Source: an uncultured Gemmatimonadaceae bacterium (GTDB lineage: Bacteria; Gemmatimonadota; Gemmatimonadetes; Gemmatimonadales; Gemmatimonadaceae). From it: a DNA stretch of 64,000 nucleotides. The notes under the pieces are model-generated. The model worked only from the letters and a program-made list of their open reading frames with translations. It searched no databases and was not told the DNA's origin. A program made the translations under genes and the position numbers. This document shows positions 50,757 to 61,276 of this stretch, piece by piece; the first letter of the stretch is position 1; each line of letters begins with the position of its first letter. The DNA is taken from contig CAVVTZ010000007.1 in assembly GCA_963751275.1 (NCBI GenBank), forward strand, positions 640,001 to 704,000, in the 5' to 3' direction.

Positions 50757-50868
50757 CTAACTGCCACTGCCTCTATAGACGCATTCCCTAGCCCCTCCGA
50801 AACCTCCTCCGTGCTTGATTGTCTCTAGTGCGGCGGTAGGTTTCGAGGCGGTCTTCATAGGGGAGAGA

Positions 50869-52233
50869 GTGGACGATCGGTTGATGGTGAGTGTCTCCGG
50901 GGTCCGGGGACGGGTGGCGGAGGGGCTCACGCCGGAGGTCGTCGCGCGGTATGCGGCGGGGTTCGGGGCGTGGGCGGTGGGGCAGGGCGCGAGCCGGAGC
51001 GTGGTGGTCGGGCGCGACTCACGTGTGTCAGGGCCGATGTTTCATCGCGCAACGGTCGCGGCGCTGCAGAGCATTGGCGCGAATGTGATCGACGTCGGCA
51101 TGGCGCCCACGCCCACGATCCAGCTCGCGGTGGAGCACCATCGCGCGGCCGGCGGACTCGCGATCACGGCGAGCCACAATCCCATCGAGTGGAACGCGCT
51201 CAAGTTCATCGGACCCTCCGGATTATTCCTGGACGGCGCCGAGAGTGCGGCCATGCGCAAAGTGGCCGACGGCGAGATCCCGCGTGCCACGTGGGACAAG
51301 CTCGGCATTGTGACACTCGATTCCAGCGCGATCGCGCGGCACATCGACGCGGTGCTCGCGCTCAAGGTGATCGACGTCGCGAAGATCCGCGCGCGGAAAT
51401 TCAACGTGGCGCTCGACTGCGTGCGCGGCGCCGGCGGCACGATCATGCCGCTTCTCCTCGAGCGGCTCGGCTGCACGGTGACCGCGATCAATCTCGAGAC
51501 CGACGGGAAATTCCCTCGCGCCCCCGAGCCCGTGGCCGCGAACCTCGGCGAGCTCGAAGCGCTCGTGATCCAGTCGAAGGCCGACGTCGGCTTCGCGACC
51601 GATCCCGATGTGGACCGTCTCGCGCTCGTGAGCGATGCCGGGAAGGCGATCGGCGAGGACTGGACCTTGGCTCTCGCCGCGCGCGTGGTGCTCCGCACGC
51701 GCAAAGGCCCGCTCGTGGTGAATCTCTCCACGAGCCGCATCATGGACGATGTCGCGAAGGAGGCCGGCGCGAAGGTGATCCGCGCCCCCGTGGGCGAGGT
51801 GAACGTCGCCGTGCGCATGCGGAAGGAGAAGGCGGCGATCGGCGGCGAGGGCAACGGCGGCGTGATCCTTACGGAACTGCACCTGGGCCGTGACGCCCCG
51901 GTCGCCGTGGCCCTCATCTTGCAAATGCTAGCCGAGACACAGGAGAAGCTCTCGGTCATTGTGTCGCATTATCCGAGTTATGCGATCGTGAAGGACAAGC
52001 TCGACCGCCCGAAAGCGCCGCTGGACGCCGTTTACTCGTCCTTGAAGACGGCGTTCGCGGACGCCGAGTCCGACACGCAGGATGGCTTGAGGCTCAGCTG
52101 GCCCGACCGCTGGGTGCATATCCGGCCGAGCGGCACCGAGCCGATCGTGAGGGTGATCGCCGAAGCGCCAACGGAGAAAGCAGCGAAGGAGTTGATCGCG
52201 AGAAGTCGTGCCCCGCTCGACGCGCTGAAGTAG
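50869..52233 (+). CDS. glmM: Phosphoglucosamine mutase (alpha-D-phosphohexomutase family)
   Basis: SGVRG, GRDSR, TASHNP, DPDVDR, GEGNGG and RPSGTEP; directly upstream of glmS. Confidence 0.8.
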   Translation: MDDRLMVSVSGVRGRVAEGLTPEVVARYAAGFGAWAVGQGASRSVVVGRDSRVSGPMFHRATVAALQSIGANVIDVGMAPTPTIQLAVEHHRAAGGLAITASHNPIEWNALKFIGPSGLFLDGAESAAMRKVADGEIPRATWDKLGIVTLDSSAIARHIDAVLALKVIDVAKIRARKFNVALDCVRGAGGTIMPLLLERLGCTVTAINLETDGKFPRAPEPVAANLGELEALVIQSKADVGFATDPDVDRLALVSDAGKAIGEDWTLALAARVVLRTRKGPLVVNLSTSRIMDDVAKEAGAKVIRAPVGEVNVAVRMRKEKAAIGGEGNGGVILTELHLGRDAPVAVALILQMLAETQEKLSVIVSHYPSYAIVKDKLDRPKAPLDAVYSSLKTAFADAESDTQDGLRLSWPDRWVHIRPSGTEPIVRVIAEAPTEKAAKELIARSRAPLDALK

Positions 52234-52265
52234 GTTGGTTGTGATGGAATAGTCCAAGTCCACAT

Positions 52266-52289
52266 CGATTCCCGACTCCCGATTCCCGA
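52266..52289 (+). repeat. GATTCCC/GACTCCC heptamer run
   Basis: cgattcccgactcccgattcccga. Confidence 0.8.
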
Positions 52290-52314
52290 ACGTTCCCATT
52301 CTTAGAGCCAGCCC

Positions 52315-54165
<1,851 letters not shown>

Positions 54166-54203
54166 CCGGCAGACCCAGGGCTTGCGGGCGGGGCGGCAGG
54201 CTA

Positions 54204-54224
54204 TATATTCGACTCCATCGAATA
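54204..54224 (+). promoter_or_regulatory. Putative PadR operator overlapping a -10 element
   Basis: Palindrome TATTCGA-N5-TCGAATA overlaps TATATT, just upstream of padR. Confidence 0.55.
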
Positions 54225-54236
54225 AATGGAGCCCGG

Positions 54237-54563
54237 ATGTCCCCCCGTCTCGGCGAACTCGAACAACTCGTCCTACTCGCGCTCTTAAGGCTCGGCGACC
54301 GCGCCTACGGCGTCGCCGTCCAGCGTGAGATCGCCGCCCGCGCGAAACGCTCGCTGAGCTTCGCCACGATCTACACCACGCTCAATCGCCTCGAAGAGAA
54401 GGGACTCGTCTCCACCCGCCTCGGCGAATCCACGGCCGAGCGCGGCGGACGCCGCAAGACCTACTACTCACTCAGCACCACCGGCCGCGAAGCGGTGAAG
54501 GCCAGCCTCAAGGCGCTCCGCACGATGTCCGCCGGACTCGGCGCCGCGCTCGAGCTCCCATGA
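54237..54563 (+). CDS. PadR family transcriptional regulator
   Basis: LGELEQLVLLAL, AYG, IYTTLNRLEEKG and RGGRRK.YY. Confidence 0.92.
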   Translation: MSPRLGELEQLVLLALLRLGDRAYGVAVQREIAARAKRSLSFATIYTTLNRLEEKGLVSTRLGESTAERGGRRKTYYSLSTTGREAVKASLKALRTMSAGLGAALELP

Positions 54564-57221
54564 GCGCCCCGCGTCCCCCCGAGCGCGCGGTGCGGCTCCT
54601 CGCCTGGGCGCTCTCCGACGACCTCCGCGAACCGGTCCTCGGCGACCTCGAGGAATCGTTCCACGAACACGCGCAATTCACCCAGAACGTCCACAGCGCC
54701 AACCGCTGGTACTGGCGCGAAACCATGGTGGCGATGATGAAACTCGGATTCCGCGGCCGCAGGCAACAGTCGCCGGCCGACAGTCGACGTCCGTTGTTGG
54801 AGTCGCTGGGCAGTGACATCCAGTTCGCCGTCCGGCTCCTCGCTCGCCGCCCCGGCTTCACCACGCTCGCCGCGATCACGCTGGCGATCGGCATCGGCGC
54901 CACGACTGCGATCTTCTCCGCGATCGAACCGATCCTCATCGCGCCGCTCCCCTATCCGCACCCCGAGCGCATCGTCACCGTCTGGGAAGGCACCGATCCG
55001 GCGACGAAGGACAACGTCGGCTGGCTCACCTTCGACGACATCGCGCAGCAGAACCATTCCTTCGACGCGATCGCCGTCTACAAGACATACAGCGCGACGC
55101 TCACCGGACGCGGCGAGCCGGAACAATTCGCCGGCCAGCGCGTGAGTCACGACTACTTCAAAGTGCTCGGCGTGCGCCCCGCGCTCGGCCGCGACTTCCT
55201 CCCCGAGGAGGACGTGCCCGACGGTCCGCGCGTCGCGATCCTCAGTGACGCGCTCTGGCGCCAGCGCTTCGGCGGCGAGACGTCGATCATCGGACAGCAG
55301 GTGTCGTTCAACGGCTACCAGTACACGGTGATCGGCGTGATGCCGGCGGGCTTCGAGAATATCACCCGCCCCAGCGCGAAGCTCTGGGCGCCCATGCAGT
55401 ACGGGCCCGCACTCCCGTGGGCATGCCGCACCTGTCATCACCTGAACGCGGTCGCGCGCATCAAGGCCGGCGTGAGCGAGCGCCAGGCATTCGCCGACGT
55501 GAACGCCATCTCCGCCGGCATGGTGCGCGATCATCCCAAGGAATACGCGAAGGCGGGCATGCTCCTCATCCCGCTGCACGAGCTGATGTCCGGCGGCGTG
55601 CGGCCCATCCTGCTCGCGGTGATGGGCGCGGTGGCGCTCGTGCTGCTGATCGCGTGCGCCAACGTGATGAACCTCCTGCTCGGGCAAGGCGTGCAGCGGA
55701 AGGGAGAGTTCGCCATGCGCACCGCGCTCGGCGCAAGCCGGTGGCGCGTGGTGCGGCAGCTGCTCACGGAGAGCGTGACGCTCGCGTTGGTCGGTGGCGT
55801 GTTGGGGGTGGTGGTGGCGGAGCTTGGAGTGAAGGCGCTGGTCGCGCTGAGCCCGGCGGGGCTGCCGCGATTGGAGCGGATCGAGGTGAGCGGCAGCACG
55901 CTCCTGTTCGCGTTCGCGCTCACGACCGCCGTGGGCGTCGCGTTCGGGCTCGTGCCGGCGCTGCACGCATCGCGCGCCGATCTGCACAGCGGCATCAAGG
56001 AAGGGACGCGCCGAGCGGGCGGCGCCTCGCATCGTGTGCGCGGCTCGCTGGTGGTGAGCGAGGTGGCGCTGGCGCTCATGCTGCTGGTGGGCGCGGGGCT
56101 GCTGCTGCAGAGCGTGACGCGGTTGCTGCGGGTGCCGCCCGGCTTCGATCCGAGCAACATGCTCACGATGCAGGTGCAGACCGTCGGCACCCGGTACGAA
56201 AACGACACCGTGACCCACGCCTTCTACGACCGCGCGCTGGCGGCGGTGCGTGCGCTGCCGGGCGTTGAAGCGGCGGCGTACACCACGCAGCTGCCGCTGA
56301 GCGGCGACTTCGACAAGTACGGCGTGCATCTGGAGGCGCATCCGCGCGCGAACCCCGAGGAGGACCCGAGCGCGCACCGGTATTCGGTGAGCGATGGCTA
56401 CTTCGAGACGATGAAGATGCCGATACTGCGCGGGACGCGGCTTCGATCCGCATGCGTCGATGCAGACGCCAATGGAAGTCATCGTCAACGACGAGTTCGC
56501 GAAGAAGTCATGGCCCAACGAGGAGGCGCTGGGCCAGCGCCTTCGCGTGGGCAGCGCGACCGAGGGGCCGTGGCGCACCGTGGTGGGGATCGTGGGCGCG
56601 GTGCGGCAGGTTTCGCTGGCGGCGGACGAGCCGGACGCGTTCTATGTGCCGGAGAGTCAGTGGCTGTTCGCCGATGGGAATCAGTCGTTGGTCGTACGCG
56701 TTTCGAACGGCCATGACGCGGCAGGAATGGCGGGGGCCGTGCGGGCGGCCATCTGGAGCGTGGACAAGGACCAGCCGATCATGCGCGTCTCGACGATGGA
56801 GAAGCTGATCGAGACGAGTGCGGCGGAGAGGCGGTTCGCGCTCGTGCTGTTCGAGGCGTTCGCGGCGGTCGCGCTTATTCTCGCGGCGGCGGGGATCTAT
56901 GGCGTATTGGCCGGCGTGGTCACCGAGCGACTGCGCGAGATCGGCGTGCGCGCCGCGCTCGGCGCGTCGCGCGGGGATCTCGTGCGGATGATCCTGCGGC
57001 AGGGGATGGGGCTCACGATGGCCGGCGTGATCGCGGGCATCGCGCTTACGCTGGCGTTCGTGCGCGTGATTTCGGGGATGCTGTTCGGCATCTCGCAGAG
57101 CGACCCAGGGACCTACGTGGCGGTGACGATGGTGCTGGGCGGTGTCGCGGTGCTGGCGTGTCTCATTCCCGCGTGGCGCGCTGCGCGCGTCGATCCGGCG
57201 ATGACGCTGCGGTCGGAATAA
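54560..57221 (+). CDS. ADOP-type duplicated MacB/FtsX ABC permease (frameshift near 56445)
   Basis: GDLEE prefix domain, [34 protein letters not shown] and PAWRAARVDP..LRSE. Confidence 0.92.
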
Positions 57222-57230
57222 CGCTCGCCG

Positions 57231-57776
57231 CTAGTTCCACAGCGCCGCGTTCGCGGGCACGCTGGAGCACGGGATGCGAATGAGCCAGACCTGCCACGCA
57301 CTAGGAGGTGTGCTCCAGCTCCCATCGGGGAGTCGATAACCATAGTCGTGCTCTAGCGTGCTGATGCCGCGCAGATCGCTGCCGACGCGATGCAGTCGCC
57401 AGTTCGCCCCGGGTATCCAAGGCTCGTGAAGCAATACGCTGTCGGGCGAGGGAGACCACCACCACGCACCTCCGGCGATCGCCGAGTCGGCCCGTGTGAA
57501 CATGATCCGCACGTTCACGCCGTTCGGATATCCTCCGCGGTCGATCTCGCGTGCGGTCAGCGAGTCGAGCACTACCCATGCGGCGCCTGAATTCGCCGAG
57601 TCGGGCCGCGATGTGGTATCGACCTGCGGCGACGGGGGGCCGGCGATCCCTCTCCCGGTGTAGCAGCCTGCTCGACCGAACCCGGGGCTAGGATAGAGCG
57701 GCAATGGCGTTGCCGGATGGCAGGCGACGAGGATGGCGAGCGAGCATCGGAGGAGGACGCGACGGGCGGCAGTCAT
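57231..57776 (-). CDS. Hypothetical protein, possible lipoprotein
   Basis: LAILVAC lipobox-like segment; Trp-rich beta region; AAGGA.G-like purine run is absent, so the start is uncertain. Confidence 0.5.
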   Translation of the reverse strand: MTAARRVLLRCSLAILVACHPATPLPLYPSPGFGRAGCYTGRGIAGPPSPQVDTTSRPDSANSGAAWVVLDSLTAREIDRGGYPNGVNVRIMFTRADSAIAGGAWWWSPSPDSVLLHEPWIPGANWRLHRVGSDLRGISTLEHDYGYRLPDGSWSTPPSAWQVWLIRIPCSSVPANAALWN

Positions 57777-57813
57777 GCTCAAGGACGCGCGACGCCGCGC
57801 GTCCTGCACATTC

Positions 57814-58035
57814 CTACTTCTTCTTAGGTGTCGGCGTCTTCGCCGCCTTCTGCTCCTGCGATGTCCGCTTCTTCTGCTTGAACCGCTCGTACGCCTCTTT
57901 GCGCTCGTCAATGCGCTTCAGGTGGTTCTTGAGATCGCGGGCCTCACGCCAGTGGTCGAGCACCACGACCAGCACGATCACGACGATGACGCCCACCGCG
58001 ATCGCGCCCCACGTGCTCGGCGACACGTCACCCAT
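57814..58035 (-). CDS. Small single-TM protein with basic tail
   Basis: WGAIAVGVIVVIVLVVVL followed by a Lys-rich tail. Confidence 0.6.
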   Translation of the reverse strand: MGDVSPSTWGAIAVGVIVVIVLVVVLDHWREARDLKNHLKRIDERKEAYERFKQKKRTSQEQKAAKTPTPKKK

Positions 58036-58298
58036 TCGCCGGCACCGGTGCGGGCTGCGACAGGCCGCGCGCGAAGAGCCACCGGCCATCGGCCTGGCGG
58101 CGCATCACGAGCACGACGCGCTGGCGGGCGGTGCGTGGCTTCACCGCCGGCGCGCGGGGTCACGGTCTGAACGTCCCATCCGAAATCCACGGCGAGATCT
58201 CCGTCTACGAGTAGTTCGAGGCGTTCGAACGACGAGGAAATATCGTACGCGGCAAGCGCCTGCGCGAGCGCCGGACGCAAGGAATCCGGGACCGTCAA
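58028..58298 (-). pseudogene. 5'-truncated SnoaL/DUF4440-like gene fragment with a frameshift near 58140
   Basis: VDGDLAVDFGWDVQTVTPRAGG continues in another frame as RQRVVLVMRRQADGRWLFARG*. Confidence 0.55.
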
Positions 58299-58747
58299 GG
58301 CTGCGTCATCGCCCGCTGGATCTCCCACGTGCCCATGCTGTCGCGCACCCACTCGATCACGTAGCGGCCGCTGGGGCGCAGGATCTTCCCGTCGGGCAGG
58401 GTCACCTTCTGATAGTACGTGCCCCAGAGCACCGCGTGATCGCCGGATACGAGCGCCGAGGTGACGGGCATCGCCTCGGAATCCACGGTCACCTTGCCGA
58501 ACGACAGAAGGAACGCGCGCATGGCCGCGGGTCCACGTATGGGGTCGCGGCCGTTGGGCAGCAGCTCGCCGGTGGGCGCGAACATCGACGACACGGAGTC
58601 GGCATTCGGGGGCGAGCCGTTGAGCATCGACGCGTAGCGCGCCATCGCGGCGCGCGCGCCGGCCTCGGCGCCCTTGTCGTTGGGGATGGCCGAGGGTTCC
58701 ACGCGGCAGGCGACCGATAGAAGGCAGACGGCAGGGAACAGTCGCAC
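58295..58747 (-). CDS. NTF2-like (YybH/DUF4440) lipoprotein
   Basis: LSVAC lipobox; PIRGPAAMRAF, SGDHAVLWGTY and GRYVIEWVR..GTWEI. Confidence 0.75.
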   Translation of the reverse strand: MRLFPAVCLLSVACRVEPSAIPNDKGAEAGARAAMARYASMLNGSPPNADSVSSMFAPTGELLPNGRDPIRGPAAMRAFLLSFGKVTVDSEAMPVTSALVSGDHAVLWGTYYQKVTLPDGKILRPSGRYVIEWVRDSMGTWEIQRAMTQP

Positions 58748-58808
58748 GAAAGACCAGCCTCTTGGAAGTTGAACGGCCAAGAAGTTGGCGCGTGGTGCGC
58801 GCCGCGCG

Positions 58809-59129
58809 CTAGGTGGGCGTGCGGGGGGTGGTGGAGCGCAGGCTGACCGGCTCGGCCTTGGGCTTGCCCGCGGATTCCGCGAGCATGCGCGCGGAGTAGC
58901 GCTGCGCCTCGCCGATGCGCTCGACCTCGAGCGACATCGCCTCGAGGGCCCGCTCGGTGCGCGCGATGAGCTCGGAGGCGCTGCCAGATCGCGCGGCCTC
59001 CTCGAGGGCGGCGCGGCGGCCGCGCTCCTTGCCAATGAAGTATGCGCCGGCGAGCCCCGCACCCACGACGCCCACGGCGAAGAGCACGCTCACGAGCCCG
59101 ATGATCAAGCTGACCATGTATTCGCTCAT
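58809..59129 (-). CDS. Hypothetical membrane-anchored coiled-coil protein
   Basis: N-terminal TM; ALEAMSLEVERIGEAQRY. Confidence 0.75.
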   Translation of the reverse strand: MSEYMVSLIIGLVSVLFAVGVVGAGLAGAYFIGKERGRRAALEEAARSGSASELIARTERALEAMSLEVERIGEAQRYSARMLAESAGKPKAEPVSLRSTTPRTPT

Positions 59130-59186
59130 GGGGAGTCCAAGAGAGAGACGTGATGCCCTACGGCCGGCGCCGCGCGTTGGTGTCGC

Positions 59187-59729
59187 TCAACTCTTGCCGA
59201 GTTTCGCGGCGATGCGCTCCACGGTGTTCATGTTGCGCCACGTGATGAGGGTGCCGAGGTGCTTTTCCATTGGCACGCGGAAGAGGGGCGAGGCGCTCTG
59301 GCCGAGCTTGGCGAGCCAGAAGATCTCGCGTCCGCGCGCGTGCAGGTCGTCGGTATCCGTGGCGAGGGAGAGGAACGTCTTCGTGGCCTCCTGGGACAGC
59401 GGTGCCGCAATGAAGCCCACGAGGAGCACTTTGGCCGCCTTGTGCTTGGCCGGGCTGAATGGGCGATAGCCTGCGAGCGCGGCGATCTCGGCGTCGGTGC
59501 GCACGTAGATCGCGACGGGATAGCCGAGCGCTTTGTGGAGGCCCTCGTGGATCCTCTTTTCGAGCGCGGCGGCGTTCCTCGACGTGGAGCTGAAGATCAC
59601 GTTGCCGCTGGCGATCACCGTCTCGACGTCGGACATGCCGAGCTTCTCGAAGTGCACGCGCAGCTGGTCCATCTTGACGACGCGGCCGCTGATGTTCACG
59701 CCGCGGAGGAAGGCGGAGTAGGTGGGCAC
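59187..59729 (-). CDS. DUF1697 family protein
   Basis: AFLRGVNISG, TVIASGNVIF and TWRNMNTV. Confidence 0.9.
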   Translation of the reverse strand: MPTYSAFLRGVNISGRVVKMDQLRVHFEKLGMSDVETVIASGNVIFSSTSRNAAALEKRIHEGLHKALGYPVAIYVRTDAEIAALAGYRPFSPAKHKAAKVLLVGFIAAPLSQEATKTFLSLATDTDDLHARGREIFWLAKLGQSASPLFRVPMEKHLGTLITWRNMNTVERIAAKLGKS

Positions 59730-59736
59730 GGTGCGG

Positions 59737-60273
59737 TCAGCGCGCGGTGGAGGTGTCGCCGGGTTTGGCGGCGCGCGCGTTCGCCGCGTCGGATTCGCCG
59801 GGCGGGATCGTGAGGTAGGTCCAGTCGTTGCCCTTGAGCATGTGCGCGCGGTCGATCACCTGGCCCGAGTGAATGCTGATGTGCCCGAGGGCGCGAAGCA
59901 GCGCTTCCTCGACCGTGAGCGGTTGATGGCGGATGACGACTTTCACGTCGCGCTGGGAATCCGAGAGCGTCGCGAGCGTGGCGAAGAGGGCGGACCAGCC
60001 TTGCTCCCACTTCACGTTCAGCTCGGCGCGCGTGATCGTGCGCTTCGTGAATTCGCTCTCGCGGTCGCGCCAGGGTTTCTCGCCGTCGGTGGTGAGGAAG
60101 TCGGTGAAGCGGCTGTGAAGATTGCCGGCCATGTGCCAGCAGATCGTGGCGATCGAGTTGCCGACGGTGGCGCGGTGGTTGAGCTGCGCGTCATCGATCT
60201 GGTCGAGGGCTTTCTCGACCATGGTCTTCAGGCGGTGGAACTCGATGGCGGCGGCCTTGATGAGGTCGGGCAT
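59737..60273 (-). CDS. DUF1572/DinB-like protein
   Basis: NSIATICWHMAGNLHSRFTDFLTTDGEKPWRDRESEF and H...HSGQV. Confidence 0.9.
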   Translation of the reverse strand: MPDLIKAAAIEFHRLKTMVEKALDQIDDAQLNHRATVGNSIATICWHMAGNLHSRFTDFLTTDGEKPWRDRESEFTKRTITRAELNVKWEQGWSALFATLATLSDSQRDVKVVIRHQPLTVEEALLRALGHISIHSGQVIDRAHMLKGNDWTYLTIPPGESDAANARAAKPGDTSTAR

Positions 60274-60276
60274 GGG

Positions 60277-60789
60277 TCAGTTTGTTGGCTTGTTGGGGAT
60301 GCGGGCGCCGCGCGAAGGGAATCGCACCAAATCCGAGTCAACGCGCTCGCTCGCCACACGGAGAGCGGCGCCAAGCGGGAACCAAACTAACGAGTTGATC
60401 GACAGGAACAGGCCGGTGTGCGCCAGGTTGAGCGGGCTCAGCCCGTAGTGCGACAGCGGCCAGGCCGGTTCGGGCGCGGCTTGGGCGACGAGCCCGCAGA
60501 TGATCGCGGCGAGCAGAAAGGCGACCCACACTCTGGCGAACCGGAGGGGCTCCGCCTTGCACCAGAGAAACAGCGGAAGGAGCATGCCAAATGCTCCGAG
60601 CAGCATCACGTTCGCGGCGATCTGGGGCGGATCCCAGTACTGAGAGTATCCGTCGGAATGCGCTGGCAGCATATACCAGGCCGTGCGGCCGGCGGCAAAG
60701 AGCACGAAGAAACAGAGCTCGTACACGATGCGCCGATTCCGCCGGGCGTGCGGCGGGGCCGCCGGGACGACGTTCGCGGTCTCGATCAT
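60277..60789 (-). CDS. Hypothetical membrane protein (about 4 TM)
   Basis: Hydrophobic segments; same strand as and adjacent to the DUF1572 gene. Confidence 0.6.
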   Translation of the reverse strand: MIETANVVPAAPPHARRNRRIVYELCFFVLFAAGRTAWYMLPAHSDGYSQYWDPPQIAANVMLLGAFGMLLPLFLWCKAEPLRFARVWVAFLLAAIICGLVAQAAPEPAWPLSHYGLSPLNLAHTGLFLSINSLVWFPLGAALRVASERVDSDLVRFPSRGARIPNKPTN

Positions 60790-60871
60790 GCGGAATCATG
60801 CGCCAAGTAACGGGCGGCCACAACTCGCCGGCAACCATCCCGGTGGTGCCGGTGTCTACCTGCCATACGCT

Positions 60872-60925
60872 CCTATTGACAGTCTATATGGGTCGGGGTA
60901 TCGTCCCATATAGACGTTCTATATG
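60872..60925 (+). promoter_or_regulatory. Sigma70 promoter with two putative PadR operators
   Basis: TTGACA-N17-TATCGT (60876-60904); palindrome CATATAGA-cgt-TCTATATG (60907-60925) and a degenerate copy at 60872-60890. Confidence 0.7.
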
Positions 60926-60933
60926 AGGAACCC

Positions 60934-61266
60934 ATGGCGCCCGCGAATACCAAGCTTCTTCAAGGCACGCTCGACCTGCTCATCCTCCGCACGCTCGTGC
61001 TCGGCGAGATGCACGGGCTCGGCGTCGCGAACCGCATCGGGCAGATCACCAAGGGCGCCTTCCACGTGAAGCCCGGTTCGCTCTTTCCGGCGCTCCACCG
61101 CATGGAGGAGGCCGGGTGGCTCGCGGCGCGTTGGGGGGAATCGGAGAACAACCGGCGTGCGAAATACTACCGGCTCACGAAGGCCGGACAGCGGCAGCTC
61201 CGCGAGGAGACCCAGGACTGGGGACGCATCTCGCTGGCCATCGCCGCCGCGCTGCGCACCACCTGA
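60934..61266 (+). CDS. PadR family regulator (acidobacterial type)
   Basis: [28 protein letters not shown] and [12 protein letters not shown]. Confidence 0.95.
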   Translation: MAPANTKLLQGTLDLLILRTLVLGEMHGLGVANRIGQITKGAFHVKPGSLFPALHRMEEAGWLAARWGESENNRRAKYYRLTKAGQRQLREETQDWGRISLAIAAALRTT

Positions 61267-61276
61267 GGAACGACCG

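Noticed and set aside
50775..50865. Imperfect inverted repeat in the MCP/glmM divergent region
   Set aside because: The pairing is short and interrupted, and can be explained by opposed promoter and RBS sequences.
52234..52314. glmS ribozyme upstream of glmS
   Set aside because: Only about 80 nt of intergenic sequence, no AGCGCC core, and partly occupied by a heptamer run.
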